Shown piece by piece: positions 1 to 9,099 of a DNA stretch of 64,000 nucleotides. The notes under the pieces were generated by a model. It was not told the DNA's origin and did no database searches. It saw only the letters and a list, made by a program, of their open reading frames with translations. The DNA is from Bacteroidota bacterium (GTDB taxonomy: Bacteria; Bacteroidota; Bacteroidia; NS11-12g; UBA9320): NCBI GenBank assembly GCA_018700895.1, contig JABIUV010000053.1:8482-72481 (forward strand). The letters are read 5' to 3'. A program made the position numbers and the translations under genes. Within the stretch, counting starts at the first letter, position 1, and the number at the start of each line of letters is the position of its first letter.

Positions 1-1255
1 AAATCTATCCAATGTTGAAGCTACAACGGCGGTAACACCTACTTACGTACTATTAGAGTCCATAGGAAAGCAATCCATCACCTACGTAGAATTTATTCCT
101 GATGATAGTTTGAAGGCAAAATTGACGGAGGATCATTTAAAATTATCTTCTCCTCTTAATAGCAAGCCTAATATTTGTTTGATTTTACTCGAAAGTTTCG
201 GCAAGGAATATACGGGACTAAATACCGTAGGCCGGGTGAGCTATACTCCCTTTTTGGATAGTTTGGCAAGGGAGTCTCGCACATTTACCAATGCGTATGC
301 TAATGGTTTACGGTCTATGGATGCCGTTGCAGCTATTTATGCAGGTATTCCATCCTTTATGAAAAGTCCATTCATCGGCTCATTATATACGAACAGTGAG
401 ATTGAGAGTTTGCCTGTAAGTTTAAAGGATGCAGGTTATCATACCTCGTTTTTTCACGGAGCAGATGAACTCTCTATGGGATTCAAACCATTTTTACTAG
501 CACAGGGACTCGAGGTGTATAAGGGGCGACAACAATACTCGGATGAATCTGATTTTGATGGTACTTGGGGTATATTTGATGAGCCTTATTTGCAATATTT
601 TGCTAGTGAGTTAGGGACTCAAAGTCAACCTTGGTGTAGTGGAGTGTTTACGCTGAGCAGCCATCATCCGTATACCATTCCTCCGGGGTATGAATATTTA
701 CCCAAAGGTACGGCTGCTATACATCAGTCGATAGGATATACCGACGAAGCATTGAAACGTTTTTTTGCAACCGCCCAGACAACGCCTTGGTTTAAAAATA
801 CGGTATTCATAATTACTGCGGATCATACATCTATCAACGAGACTCAAGCGTATAGCAGCTATAGAGGGAAGTATGAAATCCCGTTATTAATCTATGCTCC
901 AAGCCTTGTTGCACCAGGTATAGATTCGTCTATCGTGCAACAGATAGACTTGTTGCCAACCATTAAAAGTTATGCGGGGATAGAGCAAACGATTGCCATT
1001 GGCAGACCTCTATACGATAGTGCAAATAGGTTAGCTTATCAATACGATGGGAACGTATATGTCTGCTCTAACGACTCGTTTTCACTCCTGTGGAATGGTA
1101 GCTCGAAGTCTGAACTTTATGCTTATAAAAAAGATGCTGCACACAAACGTGATATAGCCGATGAATATCCGTTGGAAACTCAACGACTTTTGTCTGACTT
1201 AAAAGTCTTTATCCAAAAGTATAACTATCGTCTGCTGAACAACGATTTTAAATAG
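1..1255 (+). CDS. Sulfatase-like / LTA-synthase-family transferase, C-terminal catalytic part (5' end lies off the window)
   Basis: The reading frame is open from base 2 with no stop before the listed ORF at 110. Motifs LILLESFGKEY and FIITADHTS are typical of the alkaline-phosphatase/sulfatase superfamily. Confidence 0.6.
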   Translation, partial: NLSNVEATTAVTPTYVLLESIGKQSITYVEFIPDDSLKAKLTEDHLKLSSPLNSKPNICLILLESFGKEYTGLNTVGRVSYTPFLDSLARESRTFTNAYANGLRSMDAVAAIYAGIPSFMKSPFIGSLYTNSEIESLPVSLKDAGYHTSFFHGADELSMGFKPFLLAQGLEVYKGRQQYSDESDFDGTWGIFDEPYLQYFASELGTQSQPWCSGVFTLSSHHPYTIPPGYEYLPKGTAAIHQSIGYTDEALKRFFATAQTTPWFKNTVFIITADHTSINETQAYSSYRGKYEIPLLIYAPSLVAPGIDSSIVQQIDLLPTIKSYAGIEQTIAIGRPLYDSANRLAYQYDGNVYVCSNDSFSLLWNGSSKSELYAYKKDAAHKRDIADEYPLETQRLLSDLKVFIQKYNYRLLNNDFK

Positions 1256-1276
1256 GTGTGACGTACATTTGCCACC

Positions 1277-2650
1277 ATGGCAAAACCATCTAATCCACAA
1301 GGCACCAGAGACTTTGGCCCCGCAGTAATGCGTAAGCGTGATTTTATATTGGATACCGTGCGTACCGTCTTTAAGAAATATGGTTTTGAGCCACTAGAGA
1401 CACCTGCACTTGAGACACTCGAAACTTTAGAAGGGAAGTATGGTGAAGAAGGAAATAAGTTACTGTACAAGATACGTAGCAATAAAGAGATTGTAAATGA
1501 ATTGCCAGAAGAGAAAGCCGATGGAATAAAGGCCTTGTTACCAGAAAGGTGGATACCAGGGAATTCTAAATTAGGTTTGCGTTACGATTTAACAATCCCG
1601 TTTGCTCGGTTTGTCGTACAACATCGAAATGATATAACTTTTCCATTTCGAAGATACCAAATTCAACAAGTGTGGCGAGGTGATAGACCAGCTAAAGGCA
1701 GATTTAGAGAGTTTACGCAGTGTGATGCTGATTGTATAGGGAGTAATTCACTCTTACACGAGGCTGACCTCATTCAGATATATAATGAAGTATTTACTAA
1801 CTTGGGATTACCCAATGCGATACTTAAAATAAATCACCGCAAGTTTTTGGAAGCATTGGTAGATGAGTTGTCACTGGATTTTCCTGTAGGTAAATTTACG
1901 ACTACGCTCGATAAGCTAGACAAAATAGGCGAAGCAGGCGTAATGAAAGAACTGGTAGGATACGGAGTAGATGAAACCAAGTGCAAACAGCTGTTTGCTA
2001 TCATAGGAAATGCCGAACTTACCGAACAAAATCTTGCAACATTTGCTCAAGCCTTTAATAATAATGTCATCGCACAAAAAGCCATTGACGATTTGAGTGC
2101 TGTATTAGCATTTCTGAAAGGATATGACCTAGACATACGAGTAGAGCTAGACCTAAGTTTGGCTCGTGGTTTGGATTATTATACCGGATGTATTTTTGAG
2201 GCGGTAGTGCCCGATAGCGGAATTGGCAGTGTATCTGGTGGTGGTCGCTATGACGACCTTACGGGTGTTTTTGGGCTAAAAGACGTAAGTGGTGTTGGAA
2301 TCAGCTTTGGTATAGATCGCATTTACGAAATATTAGAAGCTCAGAACCTCTGGTCCGACAACTTGCATAATAATGAAAACACGCTCCTTTGCCATTTTGA
2401 TATGGCCAGTCAACAATACGCGATGGGTGTGGCAAGGACATTTAGGGAAAATGGATTACCCTGTATTGTATATCCTGACAATAAGCGAATAAATAAGCAG
2501 TTTGACTTTGCAAATAAGATAGGCGTTAAAAATGCAATTGTGATAGGAGAGGATGAAATGAAAACAGGAAAATTGACCTTGAAAAACCTTGAAAAAGGTG
2601 AGCAGTTTAGCTTAGATATCACTGAGATAATGAAATACATCAACGCGTGA
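1277..2650 (+). CDS. hisS: Histidyl-tRNA synthetase
   Basis: 457 aa with class II aaRS motifs (RGLDYYTG, SGGGRYDDL) and a C-terminal anticodon-binding domain. Confidence 0.95.
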   Translation: MAKPSNPQGTRDFGPAVMRKRDFILDTVRTVFKKYGFEPLETPALETLETLEGKYGEEGNKLLYKIRSNKEIVNELPEEKADGIKALLPERWIPGNSKLGLRYDLTIPFARFVVQHRNDITFPFRRYQIQQVWRGDRPAKGRFREFTQCDADCIGSNSLLHEADLIQIYNEVFTNLGLPNAILKINHRKFLEALVDELSLDFPVGKFTTTLDKLDKIGEAGVMKELVGYGVDETKCKQLFAIIGNAELTEQNLATFAQAFNNNVIAQKAIDDLSAVLAFLKGYDLDIRVELDLSLARGLDYYTGCIFEAVVPDSGIGSVSGGGRYDDLTGVFGLKDVSGVGISFGIDRIYEILEAQNLWSDNLHNNENTLLCHFDMASQQYAMGVARTFRENGLPCIVYPDNKRINKQFDFANKIGVKNAIVIGEDEMKTGKLTLKNLEKGEQFSLDITEIMKYINA

Positions 2651-3381
2651 GAAGATTCATTTTTAAAGACCAAATCGTTTTTGAAAACGATAATTATCTC
2701 GCTATAAGCAAACCCGCCGGTGTGAGTAGCCTACACGAGCGTATTGGTTTAGCTAACAGCGTAATAGAACAAGCCAAACGACACGATGAGAACTTGCAAC
2801 TATGTCACCGACTAGACAAGGAAACAAGTGGTGTGCTCTTACTTTCTAAACACGCAAAAGCCTATTCACACGCAGCTGTAGCTTTTGAGAAACGCCGAGT
2901 TACCAAGGTGTACCACGCCTTAAGTGATGGGGTACACAGTGTTGCCGATTTAGAGATTAACTTACCGCTTACTACAACTCGGAGTGGCAGAAGTGCTATA
3001 AGCAAATTAAAGGGTAAGCCGAGTAAAACCATAGTGAATAGTATTGAGAATTTTGGCCATTTTACACTATTGGAGTGTAAACCCGAAAGTGGAAGGCAAC
3101 ATCAGATTCGTATTCACCTTGCTTCGCAAAATGCACCAATAGCAGCAGACGAAATATATGGAGGTAAAATGCCATATCTCTCCCGATTTAAAAGAGGATT
3201 TACCCCAAATAAAAATGATGAAGAAAAGCCGATGATAGTGCGATTTGCGTTGCACGCTTACTCCTTAGAGTTAGAGGATATAGACAGAACACCTATGAAA
3301 ATAATTGCAGATTATCCTAAGGATTTTGCGGTATTTATAAAGCTCCTTCGCAAGTACGACAAGGCAAGTAGCACTTTTTAG
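2647..3381 (+). CDS. RluA-family pseudouridine synthase
   Basis: Contains the HRLDKETSGVLLL catalytic Asp motif and a QHQIRIHL motif. The GTG start overlaps the hisS stop by 4 nt. Confidence 0.85.
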   Translation: MRRFIFKDQIVFENDNYLAISKPAGVSSLHERIGLANSVIEQAKRHDENLQLCHRLDKETSGVLLLSKHAKAYSHAAVAFEKRRVTKVYHALSDGVHSVADLEINLPLTTTRSGRSAISKLKGKPSKTIVNSIENFGHFTLLECKPESGRQHQIRIHLASQNAPIAADEIYGGKMPYLSRFKRGFTPNKNDEEKPMIVRFALHAYSLELEDIDRTPMKIIADYPKDFAVFIKLLRKYDKASSTF

Positions 3382-3393
3382 TATAAAGGATGA

Positions 3394-4686
3394 ATGCGTA
3401 GTTTTACTTTCTTTTTTTTAGTTGGGCTTTATACTTCAGTCAGTGCACAAACAGTGATGCACGAGGTGGTGAACAACCTGAATAAGGGTAACTTTAACAA
3501 GGTATATCGTTGTTTTGATGAGCGAATGAAGGAGACCATTAAAAAAGACCAGTTAGAAGAAGTATGGAAACAACTTACTGCCAATTCAGGTAAGTATATC
3601 GCCATAGATGATATTAAAATAGAGGATATAGATGATGGAATAAAGGAATCAGGAACCTTACGTTTTGAAGGTGTCGCGGTAAAAATGTTGCTGTCTCAAA
3701 ATAGTAAAAAGAAGATTAGCGGCCTTTACGTAACACAACTTGGGTACCAACTTGCGAGTTATGCCAAAGAGCTTAGCACAGGAAAAAAATATATAGACTT
3801 TAAGAGTGACACACTTACCCTCTCTGGTGAATTAGTAATACCCATTGACTGTAATAATTGCCCAGTTGCAGTCCTAGTACACGGTAGCGGACCCAATGAT
3901 AAAGACGAGACGATAGGACCTAACAAGGTATTCTATGACTTGGCTATGGGGTTGGCTCGCAATGGGGTTGCTACGTTTAGGTATGATAAACGTTTTAGGA
4001 TTTATCCGAATCTCATGACCCAACAATTTGACTTATATGATGAAACAATAGATGATGCAATTGCGGCTCTAACTGCGTTGCAGGAAGATACAAGTCTGAG
4101 CTTTGGTAAGTATACGATGCTAGGGCACAGCCTTGGGGCGTATGCTTTGCCGCTCATAGCTGATTCATTAGATTCAAAACTCGATGCTGCTATATTATTC
4201 TCTGCAAATGCTCGTAGGTTGGAAGATTTAATTGAACATCAGATGAATTATCTCACCAATTTTGATGGGGAAATAACAGATGAGGAAGAGGAGATTATCA
4301 TTAATAATACGGCGAGGGCTCAGAATATTCGGGATGGTAATTATACGGATAGTACCTCAGCAGAAGTGCTGTTAGCTTATTGGCCAGGTACATTTTGGAA
4401 GAGTATCGGTTCCTATGACCCTGTGGAAATGGTAAAGCACAATGATTCTTTACCTTTTTTAATCCTACAAGGGGAGAAAGACTATCAAATAACAATGACA
4501 GACTTTGCTATATGGAAGGATGCCGTAAGTACTAAGCCAAATGTTACGATGCAGAGTTTTCCCGGTTTGACGCACCTATTTACACCTACAGATGCGGAGC
4601 GTGGTAGTCCACAAGATTATTTTGCCCCCAATAATGTGAGCGAAGAAGTTATTAATGTCATAGCCGAGTGGCTAAACGGACTTTAG
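3394..4686 (+). CDS. Secreted alpha/beta-hydrolase-fold protein
   Basis: N-terminal signal peptide, nucleophile elbow GHSLGA, and HGSGPNDKDE. Confidence 0.6.
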   Translation: MRSFTFFFLVGLYTSVSAQTVMHEVVNNLNKGNFNKVYRCFDERMKETIKKDQLEEVWKQLTANSGKYIAIDDIKIEDIDDGIKESGTLRFEGVAVKMLLSQNSKKKISGLYVTQLGYQLASYAKELSTGKKYIDFKSDTLTLSGELVIPIDCNNCPVAVLVHGSGPNDKDETIGPNKVFYDLAMGLARNGVATFRYDKRFRIYPNLMTQQFDLYDETIDDAIAALTALQEDTSLSFGKYTMLGHSLGAYALPLIADSLDSKLDAAILFSANARRLEDLIEHQMNYLTNFDGEITDEEEEIIINNTARAQNIRDGNYTDSTSAEVLLAYWPGTFWKSIGSYDPVEMVKHNDSLPFLILQGEKDYQITMTDFAIWKDAVSTKPNVTMQSFPGLTHLFTPTDAERGSPQDYFAPNNVSEEVINVIAEWLNGL

Positions 4687-5330
4687 AACTTATCATATAG
4701 CTTCTGTAGCATCTCATTGAGTTCAGCTGAATTAGTATACACTGCAAAATGACCACCGGGTATTTGAGCGTCAGCTTCATCCTTATTACTGCTAAAAATA
4801 CGATCCTTGGTAGAGTGAATGTGAAAAATTGGCGTATTAGTCTCCACACCTTCCCAGTTGGCTATGCGATTCATCGCCCAACGTAAGTGGTCTGGACTTG
4901 AGTTTTCAAAACACGACTGTAGCACCTCTTGTTCCTCTGGATTTATAAGTGAGAAAGCGTATGCCATCAGCTTATTTGCTCGTTTGAGTAATGATTCGGG
5001 GACATAATCAGGCAGGTGCAAACTGCCCGCTATATCCATAAAGCATGGTTTCTCACTTTTACTCTTGATGGTGGAGATTAGGATGAGCTGCTTTACTGGT
5101 GTGATTGCGGCTATTTCTTGAGCCATTATTCCACCAAAACTTAGCCCTATAAGTATTGGGTTGTCGTGTTTAATGTTCTGTGCAAGTCGAGCGGCGTACT
5201 CGGCCAAGGTCTCATTAGGTTTATTTTCTATCCAATGAAGGTGTGTATGATTCACGGGGAAATCAATGCGGGAGAAAACTCTCTCATCCGCTCCCAAACC
5301 TGATAGTATGTAGTAGTGGTATTTGCTCAT
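4683..5330 (-). CDS. Small alpha/beta hydrolase
   Basis: 215 aa with nucleophile elbow GLSFGG and a C-terminal GGHF motif. Confidence 0.55.
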   Translation of the reverse strand: MSKYHYYILSGLGADERVFSRIDFPVNHTHLHWIENKPNETLAEYAARLAQNIKHDNPILIGLSFGGIMAQEIAAITPVKQLILISTIKSKSEKPCFMDIAGSLHLPDYVPESLLKRANKLMAYAFSLINPEEQEVLQSCFENSSPDHLRWAMNRIANWEGVETNTPIFHIHSTKDRIFSSNKDEADAQIPGGHFAVYTNSAELNEMLQKLYDKF

Positions 5331-5866
5331 TGGTATCGTTTTTTTAAAATCTAAAAAATGCTAATTAAGGGCTAAAATACCTCAAAAGGAATAAGTTATT
5401 TTTATCCAGATACTCTTAAGCTCTTTTCTCCTGTCCCTTATCAGTTCAGATAACAATGATTAATATTCACATTGAATTGGCGGAGGTGTTACTATTTTTC
5501 TTTTCCATAGATGTAAAGAAACGAAAATCTAGTAGCCATTAAGGTGATTTTACCCTCCGCATACTGCGGGCAAACCACTTCACACTTCGCCCTACTTGCG
5601 TATATTTTTCATATGCAAATGCCTAATTTTTATTCGTTAGTATACACTTGTGTATCTGAAAAATCGCAATGGCAGGCGGTGTGAAGTTATCACTAAATAG
5701 GCTCCACCTGCGTACCCCACCTCCCCCAAAAAAACCTTTGTAGGATGTTGTCTTTTCTAATTCTATTCGTGAAGATTTTAAAGAAAATGCAGCTATTGAT
5801 TCTTCTATGTCATGAGTCATTTTCTCTTGAGTCCTGAGTCCAGCGTCATTACATCCAGCGTCACAA

Positions 5867-5908
5867 AGAAGTCCTAAATCTTATATCCTACATCCTTAGT
5901 CCTACATC
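5867..5908 (-). repeat. Three tandem 14-nt units (sense strand GATGTAGGACTAAG / GATGTAGGATATAA / GATTTAGGACTTCT) starting 8 nt after the ATPase stop codon
   Basis: Direct reading. The + strand units are agaagtcctaaatc, ttatatcctacatc and cttagtcctacatc. Confidence 0.8.
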
Positions 5909-5916
5909 TCAGTAGC

Positions 5917-7383
5917 CTAAAAATTCATCATACTCCCAAACAAGTCTTTGAACTCCAGCCCTTCATCTATTTGATTTTTGCTCAGTTTAGAATATTCGGC
6001 AAGGCCGTGTAATACAAATTCCATCCAGAGGTGTTTTTCGAGTGGACGAGCATCTGACATATTCTCATCTATAAATAAAGCCAGACCATCTACACTATTC
6101 AATGCTCGTTGGTATTCTTTGTCACTTGCATCATTGGTAAGTTCTAGTGTTTTTCCGCGTTCAAACCATTCAGTTATGCGGCTAAAGGCGTTCTCTATGG
6201 AGTTGCCTTCTTTGTCCTTGGTTTTAAGTTTTTCGGGATTTTGGAAATGCTGTATAAACTCAGCTCGTATGGCTTTGCCTATAAGTTGGTGAGCCACATT
6301 CAGTGGTCCTTCTTGCTCACCTTCGTACACCATCTCAATCTTACCTGTTATGGCCGGAATGATGCTTACTAAATCACTGATTCTTACGAGTGATTTCTTG
6401 TCGCCATTAATGACAACACGTCTTTCTACTCCGCTATAAATATTTTCTAATGCAGATATAGCCAATCGAGCAGAAACCCCACTTTTAGCATCTACAAATT
6501 CACTGCTACGGGCTTCTATTACCATTCGCTCTATAAGCGTTGGAATAAGGTCGTGCATCACTACTACCTTTTGCATAGATTCGTCAATTTTGGCTTCTTG
6601 AGCAGTCACTGCCTTACTCATCGCCAAGGTTTTGGGGTAGTGTGTCAAAATCTGACTACCTATCCTATCTTTTAGCGGTGTTACGATGCTTCCTCTGTTG
6701 GTATAGTCTTCAGGATTTGCGGTAAATACAAACTGCATATCCAATGCCATTCGCATTTTGAATCCTCTTATTTGTATGTCACCTTCTTGCAGAATGTTGA
6801 ATAATGCTACTTGAATACGTGGTTGTAAATCGGGTAGCTCATTGATTACAAATATACAGCGGTTGGCTCGCGGAATTATACCGTAGTGTATTACGCGTTC
6901 GTCATTGTAACTCAGTTTTTCATTAATCGCTTTTATGGGGTCTACGTCACCTATAAGGTCGGCAACACTCACATCTGGCGTAGCCAGTTTTTCTACATAT
7001 CGCTCATCGCGATGTAGCCACGCTATTGGTGTTTTATCGCCCAGTTCTTTTACCTGTTGCTTACCATAATAAGATAGCGGAGCCAATGGGTCATCATTTA
7101 CCTCGCTGCCATTTATATACGGAATATACTCGTCCAGCAAACTCGTTAGTTGACGTGCCATTTTAGTCTTGGCTTGTCCACGTAGACCGAGTAAGTTGAT
7201 ACTGTGTCCACTAAGTATAGCTCTTTCAAAATCGGGGATCACCGAATTTTCGTAACCGAGTATTCCTGTGAAAATAGGTTCCTTATTTGCTAATTGCTCA
7301 CGTAGGTTGGTTTTTAGCTCTTCGTGTATGCTCTGTGATTTATATCCGTTGGCTTTCAGTTCGCCGAGTGTCGTAGGTTTCAT
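5917..7383 (-). CDS. AAA+ ATPase of the ChlI / sigma54-interaction-domain type (no DNA-binding domain evident)
   Basis: 488 aa with Walker A GLRGQAKT and a Walker B-like FVINELPD followed by QVALFNILQEG. It lies downstream of a vWA gene on the same strand. Confidence 0.7.
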   Translation of the reverse strand: MKPTTLGELKANGYKSQSIHEELKTNLREQLANKEPIFTGILGYENSVIPDFERAILSGHSINLLGLRGQAKTKMARQLTSLLDEYIPYINGSEVNDDPLAPLSYYGKQQVKELGDKTPIAWLHRDERYVEKLATPDVSVADLIGDVDPIKAINEKLSYNDERVIHYGIIPRANRCIFVINELPDLQPRIQVALFNILQEGDIQIRGFKMRMALDMQFVFTANPEDYTNRGSIVTPLKDRIGSQILTHYPKTLAMSKAVTAQEAKIDESMQKVVVMHDLIPTLIERMVIEARSSEFVDAKSGVSARLAISALENIYSGVERRVVINGDKKSLVRISDLVSIIPAITGKIEMVYEGEQEGPLNVAHQLIGKAIRAEFIQHFQNPEKLKTKDKEGNSIENAFSRITEWFERGKTLELTNDASDKEYQRALNSVDGLALFIDENMSDARPLEKHLWMEFVLHGLAEYSKLSKNQIDEGLEFKDLFGSMMNF

Positions 7384-7477
7384 TTAATAATTATCAATTA
7401 TTAGTTATTTATTTTTTAATGCTTTTAGTCCATTCTTCGGTACTCAATTTGAGCTTCGTTGCTCTCCGATAAATTGA

Positions 7478-7570
7478 ACTCAGAATGACAACTCCGTTTT
7501 TTAAATTTGCTTTTATCTCGTTTATCTTTTGTCATTCTGAGTGTTTCGCGATAGCGAAATGTACCAAAGG
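7478..7570. repeat. REP-like element: 14-bp inverted repeat ACTCAGAATGACAA / TTGTCATTCTGAGT, followed by hairpin unit TTTCGCGATAGCGAAATGTACC
   Basis: Direct reading. Related units occur at 11814-11894 and 40862-40920. Confidence 0.75.
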
Positions 7571-7571
7571 A

Positions 7572-8681
7572 CTACATTCTTTTTCTCTTATTCTTAGCGT
7601 AATCGGTAAATACTATTTCACCAAGCCCTTGCAGACCCGTATAAAATGCTTTACCATTATTAGTTTCTGTAAATTCTTCTACAAACTGCTGTAAGTAAGG
7701 GTCTTGTGCTATCATAAATGTGGTTATTGGTATTCCTAATCTACGACAAGCGGCAGCTTCATTGTAGCACTTGTTTACTATTTTCTTATCCAGCCCGAAG
7801 CTGTTTTTGTAGTACTTTATTCCTTCTTTGAGGCAGCTTGGTTTACCGTCGGTAATCATAAAAATCTGCTTATTGGGATTGCGTTTTCTTCGCAATATTT
7901 CACGTGCTAGTTGCAGTCCCGCTACTGTATTGGTATGGTAAGGACCAACTTTAAGGTAAGGGAGATCTTTGAGTGTGATCTGCCACGCATCGTTACCAAA
8001 TACGATGATATCTAAGGTGTCCTTAGGAAACTGCGTTTTGATATATTCAGCAAGAGCAAGTGCTACACGTTTGGCAGGGGTGATGCGGTCTTCGCCATAC
8101 AATATCATACTATGGCTAATGTCTATCATCAGTACAGTGCTTGTCTGCGTTTTGTAGGTCTTTTCATTGATGACGAGGTCGTCGTGTGTCATCATCTCGT
8201 TGGCTCCGTGGTTAAACTGAGCGTTTTTGATACTCTCCGTAAGGGCGATTTGGTCTAGGCTGTCGCCAAATTGGTAGCCACGCATATCGGCTGTAGACTC
8301 ATCGCCAATGCCTATAAATCGTGTTTTGTGGTTGCCTTTGCCGCTTTTTTTGAGTTTGCCAAATACCTCTTGTAAGGCATTCTTGCGAATGGCCTGTTCC
8401 ATCTTGGAGGTTGTTTCATACTCACCGGTGCGTTTGTTCTCATCCATGTAGCCTTTGTCCTTCAGGTCTTGAATAAAATCGCCCATACCATACTCGCTGT
8501 TGGTAATGTTGTGCTGCTTATCCAGCTCATTCATCCAATCAAGAGCCTCGGTCATATCACCACTAGTATGGAGTAGTAGCTGTTTAAAAAGATCAAGCAG
8601 ATTTTCGAAATTGCTTCCGTCTACCTTGTTGGGTATGTATTTTGAAAATTGAAATCCTAACACGTGGTATAAAGGTAACAA
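7572..8681 (-). CDS. von Willebrand factor A (vWA) domain protein with a MIDAS motif
   Basis: 369 aa. The DxSxS motif is in VLMIDISHSM, and ITDGKPS follows downstream. Confidence 0.75.
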   Translation of the reverse strand: MLPLYHVLGFQFSKYIPNKVDGSNFENLLDLFKQLLLHTSGDMTEALDWMNELDKQHNITNSEYGMGDFIQDLKDKGYMDENKRTGEYETTSKMEQAIRKNALQEVFGKLKKSGKGNHKTRFIGIGDESTADMRGYQFGDSLDQIALTESIKNAQFNHGANEMMTHDDLVINEKTYKTQTSTVLMIDISHSMILYGEDRITPAKRVALALAEYIKTQFPKDTLDIIVFGNDAWQITLKDLPYLKVGPYHTNTVAGLQLAREILRRKRNPNKQIFMITDGKPSCLKEGIKYYKNSFGLDKKIVNKCYNEAAACRRLGIPITTFMIAQDPYLQQFVEEFTETNNGKAFYTGLQGLGEIVFTDYAKNKRKRM

Positions 8682-8709
8682 TTGGAGATGAAAATGGGTT
8701 TAGAGATTG

Positions 8710-9099
8710 TTAAGATAATGTTCTATTCCCTATCCACCACGCCCATACAATAAGCAATGGATGTACCATAATAAGTCTTACCCAAGCAAACCACTCGGAT
8801 ATGCATAGCCCATCTTTTACGCAACTGCCTATTTGGATAAAGTATACATGGGAAGGTATGAGTACTATGAGCAGTAGGATAATTCCCCAGCTAGCTGTTT
8901 GTGTATATCGAGGAAGAAAGACCAATATACCTAAAGCCAACTCAACAAGACCAACCAATACATTGAGTATTAAATGAGCGGGCAGATAATTAGGAATAAG
9001 CGGTAGATAAAACTCGGGATTGATGAAGTGATTTGCCCCAGCGAATATGTAAAAAATGCCTAGTCCTCGATAGAGCCATCTGTTTACGAAAGCTTCCAT
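8710..9099 (-). CDS. DoxX-like small integral membrane protein
   Basis: Four predicted TM segments. The internal Met at 9099 is preferred because it reduces the overlap with the upstream gene. Confidence 0.45.
   Translation of the reverse strand: MEAFVNRWLYRGLGIFYIFAGANHFINPEFYLPLIPNYLPAHLILNVLVGLVELALGILVFLPRYTQTASWGIILLLIVLIPSHVYFIQIGSCVKDGLCISEWFAWVRLIMVHPLLIVWAWWIGNRTLS

Noticed and set aside
5698-5712. GGCTCCACC, reminiscent of the tmRNA/tRNA-like 3' end (GGCUCCACCA)
   Set aside because: There is no adjacent T-arm (GGTTCGAATCC-like), no tag reading frame, no GGGG...acceptor partner, and no terminal CCA context. It is a chance resemblance.
5623-5820. 65-aa minus-strand ORF in the 5331-5916 spacer
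   Set aside because: Its GGGG run is just the translation of the C-run at 5721-5727. It spans the inverted-repeat block and has no start context. I treat the region as non-coding.
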